A stretch of DNA of 64,000 nucleotides from Haliotis rufescens (lineage: Eukaryota). The notes beneath the pieces were generated by a model. It saw only the letters and a program-made list of their open reading frames with translations. It made no database searches and was not told where the DNA came from. Position numbers and translations under genes: made by a program. The stretch's first letter is position 1; each line of letters opens with the position of its first letter. Location: assembly GCF_023055435.1 (NCBI RefSeq), contig NW_025963935.1, positions 7,626,001 to 7,690,000 on the forward strand, given 5' to 3'. Shown here piece by piece: positions 1 to 13,283 of the stretch.

Positions 1-2710
1 TCTCATACAGAAGTCCTGGTACGAGATGGCACATCTCTATCTGCGATCTGATACATATGTCCTAGTGGGAGATGCCTGACCTCTACCGGGGATGTCATAG
101 AGATGTCCCGGTGTAAGATGACTCACCCCTGTTTCGGACCTCGTACAAATGCTTTCGTGTGAGATGACTCACCTCTATCTCGGATCTTACATGGATGTCC
201 TGGTGTGACATGACTCACCTCTACCTGGGATGTCAAACAGATGTCCTGGTGTGAGATGACTCACCTCTGTTTGGGATCTCATACAGATGTCCTGGTGTGA
301 GATGACTCACCTCTGTTTGGGATCTCATATATATGTTTTCGTATGAGATGACTTACCTCTGTCTGGGATCTCATACAGATGTCCTGGTGTGAGATGACTC
401 ACCTCTATGTGGGATCTCATACAGATGTCCTGGTATGAGATGACTCACCTCTAACTGGGATGCCCATAGGGATGTCCTGGTACGAGATGATTCACCTCTA
501 TCTGGGATCTCATACATATTTCCTAATGTGAGATGACTCACCTTTGTTTGGGATACCAAAAAGATGTCCTGGTGTGAGATGACTCACCTCTGTTTGGGAT
601 CTCATGCAGATGCCCTGGTGTGAGATGACTCACCTCTGTTTGGGATCTCATACAAACGACCTAGTATGAGATGACTCACCTCTGTCTTGGATGTCATACA
701 GATGTCCTAGTGTGAGATGACTCACCTCTTTTTGGGATCTCATACATACGACCTAGTGTGAGATGACTCACCTCTGTCTTGGATCTCATACAGATGTCCT
801 GGTGTGAGATGACTCACCTCTGTTTGGGATCTCAGTGTAGATATGTCCTCGTGTAAGATGGCTGACCTCTATCTGGGATCTCATTCAGATGTCCTGGTGT
901 GACATGGCTCACCTCTATCTGGGATCTCATACAGATATCCTCCTCGGATATGACTCACCTCTATTAGGAGCTCAAACTGATGACCTGGTACGAGATGGCT
1001 CACCTCAATTTGGGATCTCATACAGATGTCCTGGTACGATATGGCTTACGACTATCTGGGACCTCATACAGATGCTTTCGTGTGAGATGTCTCACCTCGA
1101 TCTGGGATCTCATACAGATATCCTGGTGTGAGATGCCTCACCCCTGTCTGGTTTCTCATACAGATGTCCTGGTGTGAGATGACTCACCTCTATCAAGGAT
1201 CTCATAGAGATGTCCTGGTACGATATGGCGTACGTCTATCTGGGACCTCATACAGAGTCCTGGTGTTAGATGACTCACCCCTGTTTCGGATCTTATACAG
1301 ATGCTTTCGTGTGAGATGTATCACCCCTATCTGGGATGTCATAGAGATGTCCTGGTGTGAGATGATTCACCTTTATGTGGGATCTCATGGAGATGTCCTG
1401 TAGTAAGATGTCTCACCTCTATCTGGGATGTCATACATCTGTCCTGGTACGAGATTTCTCACCGCTATCTGGGATGTCATGCATATGTCCTGGTATTAGA
1501 TAACTCACCTCTACCTGGGAACTCATACAGATGTCCTGGTAGTAGATGATTCACCTCTATCTGGGATGTGATAGATGTTTTTGTGTAAGATGACTCACGT
1601 CTTTTTCGGATCTGATACAGATGCTTTCGTGTGAGATGCCTCACCTCTGTCTTTGATCTCATACAGATGACCTGGTGTGAGATGACTCACCTGTATTTGT
1701 GATCTCATATATATGTTTTGGTGTAAGATGACTCACGTCTTTTTCGGATCTGATACGGATGCTTTCGTGTGAGATGCCTCACCTCTGTCTGGGATGTCAT
1801 ACAGATGCCTTTGTACGAGATGACTCACCTCTATTTGAGATATCATACATATGTCCTGGTGTAAGATGACTCACCTTTGTTTCGGATCTCATACAGATTT
1901 TTTCGTGTAAGATGACTCACCTCTATCTGGGATCTCATACAGATGTCCTGGTGTGAGATGCTTCACCTCCATGTGGGATCTCACATATATGTCCTCGTGT
2001 GAGATGGCTGACCTCTATCTGGCATTTCATACAGATGTCCTAGTGTGACATGGCTCACTTCTATCTGGGATCTCATACAGATGTCCTGGTGTGTGATGCC
2101 TCACCTCAATGTGGGATCTCACATGTATGTCCTCGTGTGAGATGGCTGACCTCTATCTGGGATTTCATACAGAAGTCCTCGTCTGAGATGACTCACCTCT
2201 ATCTGTGGTCTCATACAGATGTCATTTGAGAGATGGCTCACCTAAATCTGGGATTTCATACATATGTCCTAGTGTGAGATGACTCACCTTTTTGGGATGT
2301 CCTACAGATGTCCTGGTGTGAACTGACTCACCTAAGTTTGGGATCTCATACAGATACTTTCGTGTTGGATGACTCACCTCAATCTGGGATCTCATACATA
2401 TGTCCTAGTGTGAGATGACTCACCTCTGTTTGGGATGTCATATAGATGTCCTGGGACGAGATGACTCACCTCTGTTTCGGATCTCATACAGACGTCCTGG
2501 TGTGAGATGCCTCATCTCTATGTGGGATCTTATACAGATGTCCTGGTACGAGATGACTCACGTCTGTTTCGGATCTGAGAGGGATATCCAGGTGTGATAT
2601 GACCCACCTCTGTCTGGGATCTCATAGAGATGTCCTTCTGTGAGATGACTCACCTCTATCTGGGACCTCATACATGTGTCTTGGTGTGAGATTACTCACC
2701 TCTATCTGGG
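1..2710 (+). repeat. 46-bp satellite array (consensus gagatgactcacctctatctgggatctcatacagatgtcctggtgt), ~59 diverged units, runs into gap
   Basis: 46-bp periodicity read directly; same family at 13284-15985 (-) and 61121-64000. Confidence 0.97.
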
Positions 2711-2925
2711 NNNNNNNNNNNNNNNNNNNNNNNNNNNNNNNNNNNNNNNNNNNNNNNNNNNNNNNNNNNNNNNNNNNNNNNNNNNNNNNNNNNNNNNNNN
2801 NNNNNNNNNNNNNNNNNNNNNNNNNNNNNNNNNNNNNNNNNNNNNNNNNNNNNNNNNNNNNNNNNNNNNNNNNNNNNNNNNNNNNNNNNNNNNNNNNNNN
2901 NNNNNNNNNNNNNNNNNNNNNNNNN
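2711..2925. other. assembly gap (N run)
   Basis: run of n. Confidence 1.
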
Positions 2926-3371
2926 CACATGTAGAACATTCCCTTGATGGAAGTGGTCGGGAAGCTATCTTAAGGTAGTATTGGAGTGGACTGCATTATT
3001 TGAGAAGTTTCGAGAGGTGACATTTTCTGGAGGGCTGGCATTTCCTGTCTAAGAGCGAGACGAGGGCCATTCGATGTCTTATACGACCTGACTAACGTCT
3101 TATTCACTTGCCCAGTAAGGACGGAATACCTATCTCCACACACTGACTGTCTGCCACAGCCCCCAACATTGTTTTCAGCCAAACGCACAAACAGCAGTAT
3201 TTGTCGCGCCGTAGCCTTGCAACAATCTATCCTCCGCAGTAATATAATTTCAGGCAATGTCAGTCGTACACAGATTTGGGCTCATTTTTAATTTCGTGAG
3301 TTAAAAACAGATTCTGACACACATCACTTCTACTCCACATATAATCATAGACACGTGTACACAAAACGTGT
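2926..3371 (-). repeat. non-tandem module flanking the 29-bp array; inverted copy at 12469-12825 and diverged copy at ~6560-6980
   Basis: reverse complement matches 12469-12825 (cacgttttgtg..., gagtagaagtgatgtgtgtcagaatc, ccctcgtctcgct, gaaacttctc). Confidence 0.9.
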
Positions 3372-3981
3372 GAAGCATCTATGAAGTAATACAAGATTGT
3401 GAAGCATCTATGAAGTAATACAAAATTGTGAAGCATCTATGCAGTAAAACAATATTGTAAAGCATCTGTGAAGTAATACAAGATTGTGAAGCATCTATGA
3501 AGTAATACAAGATTGTGAAGCATTTGTGAAGTAATACAAGATTGTGAAGCATCTATGAAGTAATACACGATTGTGAAGCATCTCTGAAGTAATACAAGAT
3601 TGTGAAGCATCTATGAAGTAATACAAGATTGTGAAGCATCTATGAAGTAATACAAGATTGTGAAGCATCTGTGAAGTAATACAAGATTGTGAAGCATCTC
3701 TGAAATAATACAAGATTGTGAAGCATCTATGAACTAATACAAGATTTCGACGCATCTACGAAGTAATACAAGATTGTAAAGCATCTGTGAAGTAAAACAA
3801 GATTGTGAAGCATCTACGAAGTAATATAAGATTGTGGAGCATTTATGAAGTAATACAAGATTTTGAAGCATATCTGAAGTAATACAAGATTGTGACGCAT
3901 CTACGAAGTAATACAAGATTGTGACGCATCTCTTAATTAATACAAGATTGTGAAGCATCTATGAAGTAATACAAGATTGTG
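3372..3981 (+). repeat. 29-bp minisatellite (gaagcatctatgaagtaatacaagattgt), ~21 units
   Basis: direct periodicity; reverse complement of the 11521-12468 array. Confidence 0.97.
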
Positions 3982-4333
3982 ATTGATTTGTGATCACTTG
4001 GCCGGTGACTTAAGATTTTCTGCTCCAGATTTGTAGGCCTCCTTCATACAGCTGGAAAACAAACGCCTCATTCTCCTGTGTTACTTAAACTTTGGCTCAA
4101 TCTTTGACCTGGTCCATGTGAAATCAAACCCTCTGGAATCCATAACGTAAAAGGGGGATGCAATGACGTTTTTGCGTTTTGTTCAAAATTTAGTATAAAT
4201 GCAGCATGACAAGTTAAAGATGGACCTTTGCATATTCACACATAAAGTATACAGCCTGCATCTAATTAAAATCAAATCTTCTACTCCGACACTAGACCTG
4301 TCTGTGTGAGGACACCATACCTATCTGTATGAA

Positions 4334-4480
4334 GGGGGCGGTCCAGTAGCCTAGTGGTTAAAGCGTTCACTCTTCACATTGAGACCCGGGTTCGATTCAA
4401 TGTGTGAAGCCCATTTCTGGTGTCCCCCACTGTGATATTGCTGGAATATTGCTAAAAGCGGCGTAAAATCATACTCACTC
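4334..4480 (+). mobile_element. tRNA-derived SINE family 1 (short), (ctca)n tail
   Basis: A box tagcctagtgg, B box ggttcgattc, 3' gatattgctggaatattgctaaaagcggcgtaaaa; other copies at 50650 and 58400. Confidence 0.9.
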
Positions 4481-4957
4481 TGTGTGCAGACACTATGCTT
4501 CTCTGCATGAAGATCTGACAACACAACCATAGGAGGACCTCCTAATCCAAATGAAGAACACATGAGTTTTTCATCCAATCAGATGTCAGCTTTCTCAAAC
4601 GATTCGTTTAAATTTCTCTACGAACTTGATTTGCACCAAATAAAACCAACACAGAACACAAATTTTCCTTCGGTAATCTCCACTCATGTATTAAATATCC
4701 ATGCATCACAACATTATGTCACGGCCTTAAATTTACCTTTGAAACTTATCATAATAGTTCATTTTCAAGATAAACGGTCTAAATGGTTTGTTTATTCACA
4801 CTGAGAATTTACAAATCTCTGGAAATGTTGTATCGCAGTAAAATATCGGATATTTATTTGATTAATATGTCTCTTCACATACTGCACAAAGTTGTCTTAT
4901 GACTTGTAATTGTTTATGGACGAAGATAACATCATTTCTGTGCTTTCTAGCAAGACA

Positions 4958-5237
4958 GGGTGCACGGGGGGCCCTGTCGTCTAAGGCGCCGACATTCGCT
5001 GTGCAGAGTTTGCGTCTTGAGCACGCCAGAAACATATGATTGTGGGTTCGAATCCCGGCTGGTCATGATTATGTTGCTAGGTTTGTCAGCACCTTCCCGT
5101 GCTCGTGGGTTTCACCGAAGTGGTAAAAGTCCGAGACCAACATCACTTTGGGCTTTCCTCCCACATTAAGCTGACACACCATGATATAACTTGAATACTG
5201 TTAAAAGCGGCGTTAAACCCAACTCACTCACTCACTC
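4958..5237 (+). mobile_element. tRNA-derived SINE family 2 (long A-B box spacer), with 14-bp TSD
   Basis: gtcgtctaaggcg head, ggttcgaatccc B box, (actc)n tail, flanked by tctagcaagacagg on both sides. Confidence 0.92.
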
Positions 5238-7309
5238 TAGCAAGACAGGATCCAACATCTTCAGTCACACCTGCAACAAGAGTAATGCCGATCTGACAGT
5301 AACTATTCTGAAAAACTTCGCATATGCAACATTGTCTGCCTTGGAGATGTGAGCGAATACTTCTTCAGTTTGTAAAATATGTTTAATTTGGAGAACGAGC
5401 TCACAAATTGGAACCATTACATTTCTCAGCACAAAGTTGGAGGAGGTATAATGGAATGGGTGCTGTCCTTCCCTCACGTTTTCGCTCGCAGAATAACAAA
5501 AATATATTTCATCATTTCTTGATCAATCTTTGTTCATGTATTAGCCTAGCCACGAACTGGTGTCTTTTCTACTTAGGAAATAATTTCCTTCCCGGATTCC
5601 ATAATTATAAATAACTGGTTCAAATGAGGGTACGGCATGTTTTCGGAACAAATCCGAAACGACCATTCAGTATAACAGCATAACAGTATCGTGGTTATCT
5701 TTTAATATAATAAACAGTGAACTGGTGTCGTTTACCGTTATAAATAAAAAAAGTTTATTTGTTCCTGTCTCTATGATTCGCAGGTCCTTGAGTCATCTGT
5801 ATCCTCTCATGCTCGTGGTCAACTAGCAGTATATTAATTTTAAATTCTTCAGTGCAGTGTCATTGTCTCTCTAGAAGTCCCTGGTGGAATTTGTGGTCAA
5901 GAGGGTTTAGTGTTGTTCTTAATGGATGCATCGTTGGAGGGGAGATATGTTTGTGTTGCATACGAAAAAAAGTTTGCCATAACGATTACGCAGCTGATCT
6001 CATTGTGTGTTTCTCACTCCCTGATGATTTCATTGTGTGTTCGCCGTAACGATTACACAGTGACACACAAAACCACAATTGAGTAGTTCTACCAGTGTCT
6101 CTTCGTGGCCTTCGTATTGTACGTACGTTGCGTCTTAAGACACTTAGAAGCAATGTCCATGACAATGACATCGTCGATACCATGTCTACGTAGAGTTCCG
6201 ATATATATATGGGCCCCAAAGACATGATCTGCTCCCTCCTGGGAATACCTCATCAAGTATGTTCTGTCACACGTACAGCGTTGAACAACACAGAGTAAAT
6301 CAAACACTCTTGATCTCAGTTCTAGATGCCTGTGTGAGCTGCATTCCTGGCTATATTCTGGCGCTGGTATCTGTATCCAACCTTATCCTGACCCCGATCC
6401 TCTAGTCCTGCTCAAGATGGGAGGTGAGCGCTGCTACTGTCAAAGGAATTATTTGATACCGTCCATAGATGCTTGACTTTTTACGAGCGGTCCTTTCTCT
6501 TGTTTTCACTAAAACTGCCTGTAAACGGGTATCATCTTATCCTCATCTTACGTATTGCATCCAATACTCTCTAAAGATAGCTTCTCGACCCATTACATCA
6601 TAGATGCTTCACACGTTTTGTGTACACGTGTCTATGTTTATATGTGAGTAGAAGTGATGTGTGTCAGAATCCGTTTATACCTCTCGAAAGTAAAACTGAG
6701 CTCAACATGCACGACATAGGTGCGAACTCTGTCATTGCCTGAAATTAGAGTACTTTGAAGATTAAATTGTTGCCGTTTGTGCCTTTGGCTAAAGACAGTG
6801 TTGGAGGCTGTGGCAGATAGTCAATGTGTTGAGATAGGTATCCTGTCCTTACTGGACAAGAAAATAAGGCACTAGTCAGTGCGCAAACGGCATCGATTGG
6901 CCCTCGTCTCGCTAGTATATAGGAACCGCCAGCCTCAAGAAAATGTCACATCTCGAAACTTCTCGGATGATGTAGTCCTCCCTTGTGTTGCAAACAACGA
7001 GAACTGAGAACTAGAGGGGCGTGACTCTAACCTTTCTATCTGCTGTAGGGCTGACACTAAAATGATGCAGAAACATCACCCCGTTATTTTGGTAAACTTT
7101 CCAACTAAAGTCATGCAATTCAGGGTCAGGTCATGTTGTTTTACAATTACCGGTAAGGCCCACTAAGTAACCAGAACACCATCACAAATAGACCGCGGAA
7201 AGACACTTGGCATTTTACGAGCGCTCCTTTCACTTGTTACCACGAAAACTGCTCACTGCCTGGAAACTAACATCATCTTATTCTCATCTTAGGTATTGCA
7301 TCCGATACT

Positions 7310-7996
7310 CAGATTTGAAGAAGGTAAATGATAGATTTGAAAGTCTCATTATAAAGGTAGACAACATGGCGTGTCGGGTAAAAGAAAATCATGAGACAAT
7401 CTCGGAACTCCGTGCACAAAATGCAAACGTGTTTGAACGTATGCTCGCTATGGAAGATAAAATGGACGGTTATGAATCTAGATCAAGAAGAAATAACCTG
7501 ATTTTCCATGGAATTGCTGAAGAAAAAGGTGAGACTTGGGATCAGTGAGACAAGAGCGCACAGACTACGAAACGGCAAATAACACGCTCCGATAATTGCA
7601 AACTTCGTATCTACAGGAGACAGAAACAAGATACTTAAGTCGGCGAAAGATAAACAACGAGGGAATAACAACTTTAACCAAGGTACGAGAGTGTCAGAGG
7701 ACCTTACAAAGCGAGTAAGGGACGCCCGACGTTCACTCAATGGTCTATTCTCGGAGGCTTTAAAAGAGGGTAAAAATCCGAATATCCGTCATGATAAACT
7801 CAAAATAGACGGAGAAGTTTATGCCTACGACAGAATCAGTGGTACGAACGTCTGTGTATCTAATCAACGTAAAGGATCACACGACAACAGACAAGGAAAT
7901 CTGACAGGAGACGCCCACGTGGGTTTATTTACATCTCGTGGGCCCGGAAGTACAGCTCTGCCAAGGGAGAGCACTCTAAATAGTGATCGTGATTGA
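7310..7996 (+). pseudogene. LINE ORF1 remnant (coiled coil plus L1/transposase-22-like RRNNLIFHGI ... SEDLT ... DKLKIDG)
   Basis: motifs ESRSRRNNLIFHGI, PIIANF, SEDLTKRVR, HDKLKIDGEVY in broken frames, directly upstream of an EN-RT ORF2. Confidence 0.85.
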
Positions 7997-8029
7997 GGAG
8001 AAGGCCCACGCAAAACACTCCGTATCCTA

Positions 8030-11000
8030 ACATTGAAGGATTGTGTAAATATGTAAGTCTTCCTGATGATTCTGAATTTAAGTTTTTTTGTGTGTCATTT
8101 GACATAATAGGATTTTGTGAATCTTTTGTGAGAAAGTCCAACGATTTCGTAAATTTCTTGACTGGTTACAGATCCTTAGCAGTGCTAGACCCAAAGCTAA
8201 AGTATCAGGGAGATATGGTGGTGGTGTGACAGGGTTCGTCAAAACGTCATTTAGTGAAAAACAAGATCATCAGAAGAATATATGAATCCTTTGAAGACTG
8301 TGTAGTGTTCCAGTTTCAGACAACAGCTATTGGATTTAGAAAAGACACTGTAATCTTTTTTGTTTACATTTCTCCACGGACTTATAGGTCCGTGATTTCT
8401 CCAGAGAGTTCTATCCATCACACAATGGATATGGATGGTATTGATCGCCTTATACACTATGTTGAAACTACTTTTACTACTCATGATAATCATCATTTAC
8501 TGCTGTCTGGTGATTTTAATGCAAGGGTGAGAGATTTTCTTGATTACATCCCATCAGATACACTTGAATTTATCCATGATGATATTGAAGACTATCCATC
8601 AGACAATCTTGATATGCCTAGGAAGTCTAAAGACAACATTAGACATAATAAATATGGGCTAAAGCTTGCTGAAATGTGTGCTACCTATGGCATTCGTGCC
8701 CTAAATGGGCGTTTATTTGGAGATAAAGTTAGTAACTTCACCTGTATTACCCATAATGGAGTAAGTGTAGTGGACTATGTGCTAGCTTCGTCAGACCTCT
8801 TTCCATATTTTAGTGACTTTAAAGTACTTGACAGAGATGAATCCTGTCATTTTTCCTGTTTCATGTGAGATTAACCTTAACCAAACAAACCCTCAATATA
8901 TGGAAGAAAATGTGAATAATGACTGTCAGCACAATATCAATAGCCAAAATGATCTTACATATGATGACTCACAAGAGTTTATGAAATACTCATGGAATGA
9001 AGATAGACATATAGACTTTTTAACAAAGTTTCAGAGTATTTTTCTTGAAAATTATGATGAATTTTCAGCATTGATCAATGTCAGTGTTAATCAAGCCATT
9101 CAAGCAATTGTGAATATGTACCATAAGGCAGGAGAAGGCTTTGGAAAATTTAAAAAAAAAACATTTCACAGTATTAAGAATAAACAACCGTCATGGTGGG
9201 ATGATGAACTGGAATGTGTGAAACAAAATAAATACTGTGCACTTAGAAATCATAGGGAATTTGACCAAGATTTAAATGTGTTTCGAAATGAAAGAAGGTA
9301 TTTTAAGAAGTTATTTTCACATAAAAAGAGCATATATCTGAGTAAGCAAAGAGATTTATTATCTTCTTCCTGTTCAGACCCTAAGCAATTTTGGAAGCTA
9401 TTGAAGAATCAGAGACAAAAAGGTAGTTCATCTAACAACATCACCACTGGCACATGGTATAACTATTTTAAGAACTTACTTAATCCTACAGTTTATAGTT
9501 TTTCATCTTGCCCTAATCAACAGCTGCAATTAGAATGTGACACTGGAGAAGATATACTATGCTCGGACTTAAACAAACCTATTTCAGAAGAAGAAGTTTA
9601 TCACTGCATTAGAAGTCTGAAAAATAATAAAACTCCTGGACCAGATGGGATTGCAAATGAATTTGTGAAGTCAACCAGAGACTTTATCACTCCACTACTT
9701 ACAAAACTCTTTAATTTAGATGTTTTTAACTAACACATTCCCAGATCTTTGGGGTCAGAGCATTATATGTCCGCTTCATAAAAGTGGACTGGTGCAGGAA
9801 CCTGGAAACTATAGAGGCAATCTCTCATTGACTCTTTTTGTAAGGTATTAATAGCAGTGTTAAACAATAGACTCAAAGACTGGTGTGACTGTCACAACAT
9901 ACTATCAGAATATCTACATATTCAACAGCTGACCATATTTTCACTCTGCAAGCAATGATAACAAAATATCTTATGAAGAAAGGGGGGAGATTTTACTGCG
10001 TCTTCATAGATTTTAGAAAAGCGTTTGACTGTATAAATCATGATGTTCTTTTTCAAAGTCTTCATGACGTAGGGCTCAGAGGAAACTTCTTAAATTTTAT
10101 TACATCTATGTACACCAAACTTTCTGCTTGTGTGAGGACAGATTCTGGTTTGTCTATTTATTTCAAATGCAGCACTGGTACCCGTCAAGGCTATATAATG
10201 AGTCCTCAAATCTTTGTGATTTTCATTAACCAACTTGTGATAAAATTGGAGGAAAAGAGTGGAAGAGGATTTTTTATAACTAGTGATAATCAAGATATAT
10301 TTGCATTGATGTATGCAGATGATGTGTCAGCTGTTTCAGACTCAACAAATCAACTTCAACAGAAAATTAATGTACTAGAAGAATTTTGTAATTCAACAGG
10401 AATGAAGATAAATCTCAATAAGACTAACATTATGGTGTTTAGGAATGGTGGCCCACTGAGAAAATGTGAGAAATGGTATTTTAAAGGTGAACAAATAGAA
10501 ACAGTGAGTTGTTATAAATATCTGGGAACTCTCTTCACAACGAAACTTTCATGGACTAAAACACAGATATGTCTAGCCGCTCAAGTCACTAAAGCTTTAA
10601 TTCACTTCAACAATTTCAACAAAAGTTTGGATATATTCCTGTTGGAGAAGTTTTTTAAAATTGTTGACTCAATGGGGAATTAACTACTGTTACACTATTG
10701 AGCAAGTGCATCACAGATTTTGCAAAAGATATTTGAAACTTAATAAATATAGTAATAACAACATGGCTCTAGGAGAGTGTGGGAGAGTGCCCCTTCAATA
10801 TCATTATATGTCCAGAGCAGTGAGTTACTGGTGCAGAGTGATCCATATGGAGCCTCAAAGATAACCATATCAGTCCTATTGTATGCTCAATTCACTTGAT
10901 GACTCTGGTAAAACCACATGGGCATCACACATCAGGTATATCCTGTTTCAACATGGATTTGGTTTTATTTGGATAAATCAGGAATGCGGTGATAGGAAAT

Positions 11001-11390
11001 TATTGATGATGAAATTTAACCAGTACTGTATGACTGTCTTTCTCAAAACTGGCATCTCTCCATAGAGCTCTCATCTAAATGCAAATATTACTCACAGTAC
11101 AAATCTCTCCTTAATGTAGAAAATACTTATCATTATGTGAAATCTCTGCTTATTATAAAAGATTAATATGTATGTTCAGGTGTGACAACTTTAAACTTGC
11201 AGTTGAAACTGGAAGACATTCTAAAATCCCATATGAAGAGCGTGTGTGCATGTATTGCCACTCCAAAGTTTTAACTCTAATTGAGGATGAGTATCATGTA
11301 TTGCCGCTCCAAAGGTTTAACTCTAATTGAGGATGAGTATCATGTATTGCCACTCCAAAGGTTTAACTCTAATTGAGGATGATTATCACA
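8030..11390 (+). mobile_element. degenerate non-LTR retrotransposon ORF2 (APE endonuclease + RT + C-terminal Cys/His motif), RTE-X-like
   Basis: EN motifs GDFNAR and SVVDYVL; RT motifs KTPGPDGI, FIDFRKAFD, GTRQG..SP, YADD, YKYLG; C-terminal LGECGRVPL and LAVETGRH..IPYEERVC..C...IEDEYH; multiple frameshifts and stops. Clade assignment is from recalled motif pattern. Confidence 0.88.
11251..11388 (+). repeat. ~46-bp local triplication inside LINE 3' end
   Basis: tgtattgccactccaaag(g/t)tttaactctaattgaggatga x3; unrelated to the 46-bp satellite. Confidence 0.9.
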
Positions 11391-11520
11391 TACATGTACA
11401 TGTGAATATTTTATAACTGATCAAAATAAATTCTGCTCCACCCTCATTGACAAATTTGATGTTGAAAGTTATGTTCAAATTGAACTTGAATGCTTGCGCT
11501 GTTTTACGGCTCAGTAAAAT

Positions 11521-12468
11521 ACAATCTTGTATTACTTCATAGATGCTTCACAATCTTGTATTACTTCATAAATGATTCATAATCTTGTATTACTTCATAA
11601 ATGCTTCACAATCTTGTATTACGTCATAGATGCTTCACAATATTGTATTACTTCACAATCTTGTATTACTTCATAGATGCTTCACAATCTTGTATTACTT
11701 CATAGATGCTTCACAATCTTGTATTACTTCATAGATGTTTCACAATCTCGTATTACTTCATAGATGCTTCGCAAGCGTTTATTACTTCATAGATGCTTCA
11801 CAATCTTGTATTACTTCATAGATGCGTCACAATCTTATATTACTTCATAGATGCTTCAAAATATTGCATTTCTTCATAGATGCTTCACAATCTTGTATTA
11901 CTTCAGAGATGCGTCACAATCTTGTATTACTTCATAGATGCTTCACAATCTTGTATTACTTCATAGATGTTTCACAATCTCGTATTACTTCATAGATGCT
12001 TCGCAAGCGTTTATTACTTCATAGATGCTTCACAATCTTGTATTACTTCATAGATGCTTCACAATCTTGTATTACTTCATAGATGCTTCACAATATTGTA
12101 TTACTTCATAGATGCTTCACAATCTTGTATTACTTCATAGATGTTTCACAATCTTGTATTACTTCATAGATGCTTCGCAATCGTTTATTACTTCATAGAT
12201 GCTTCACAATCTTATGTTACTTCACAGATGCTTCACAATCTTGTATTACTTCATAGATGCTTCACAATCTTTTATTACTTCACAAATGCTTCACAATCTT
12301 GTATTACTTCATAGATGCGTCACAATCTTGTATTACTTCATATATGCTTCACAATCTTGTATTACTTCACAGATTCTTCACAATCTTGTATTACTTCATA
12401 GATGCTTCGCAATCCTTTATTACTTCATAGATGCTTCACAATCTTGTATTACTTCATAGATGCTTCAC
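11521..12468 (-). repeat. 29-bp minisatellite, ~33 units, inverted relative to 3372-3981
   Basis: acaatcttgtattacttcatagatgcttc periodicity. Confidence 0.97.
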
Positions 12469-12898
12469 ACGTTTTGTGCACACGTTTCTATGTTCATCTG
12501 TGGAGTAGAAGTGATGTGTGTCAGAATCTGTTACCACTCACGAAATTGAAAATGAGCTTAACTCTGTGCACGACTGACATTGCCTGAAATGATAGTACTA
12601 TGAGGATAGATTGTTGCAAGGCTACAGCTCAACAAATACTGCCGTTTGTGCATTTGGCTGAAAACAATGTTGACATCGAATAGCCCTCGTCTCGCTCTTA
12701 GACAGGAAATGCCAGCCCTCCAGAAAATGCCACCTCTCGAAACTTCTCAAATAATGCAGTCCACTCCAATACTACCTTAAGATAGCTTCCCGACCACATA
12801 CATGAAGGGGATGTTCTGCATTTGTCAGACATGCTTTTGATTATGTAGTTTTATACTGGGAATATTTTATAAATAACCTTGTATTTTGAACCAGAGTA

Positions 12899-13099
12899 NN
12901 NNNNNNNNNNNNNNNNNNNNNNNNNNNNNNNNNNNNNNNNNNNNNNNNNNNNNNNNNNNNNNNNNNNNNNNNNNNNNNNNNNNNNNNNNNNNNNNNNNNN
13001 NNNNNNNNNNNNNNNNNNNNNNNNNNNNNNNNNNNNNNNNNNNNNNNNNNNNNNNNNNNNNNNNNNNNNNNNNNNNNNNNNNNNNNNNNNNNNNNNNNN
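12899..13099. other. assembly gap (N run)
   Basis: run of n. Confidence 1.
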
Positions 13100-13283
13100 C
13101 AGTTAATTGCGAGGTCAGAATCGCAGTCCGGTGGTTTCCATTTAAAACACAGTTCAATTCTCAGTATTCAACCGTCGTCAAACCAGAAATAAAATTTCTT
13201 CATTCCAAGGTAAACATACGACATTTGTTCAGCTTTAAAAGTCAAGCTTTCATTACAAAAGTATTTTCTTGTCAAAAAAAGGT

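Noticed and set aside
1-2710. CRISPR-like array or coding repeats in the 46-bp and 29-bp arrays
   Set aside because: Units are contiguous with no unique spacers, there are no cas genes, and the context is eukaryotic
2622-2978. ORFs spanning X runs (also 12867-13362)
   Set aside because: Artefacts of N gaps
5240-6470. Short ORFs between the SINE and the LINE
   Set aside because: No recognisable motifs or consistent splice pattern
8254-10683. Active retroelement or novel RT system
   Set aside because: Standard non-LTR EN-RT with multiple frameshifts and stops; a dead copy
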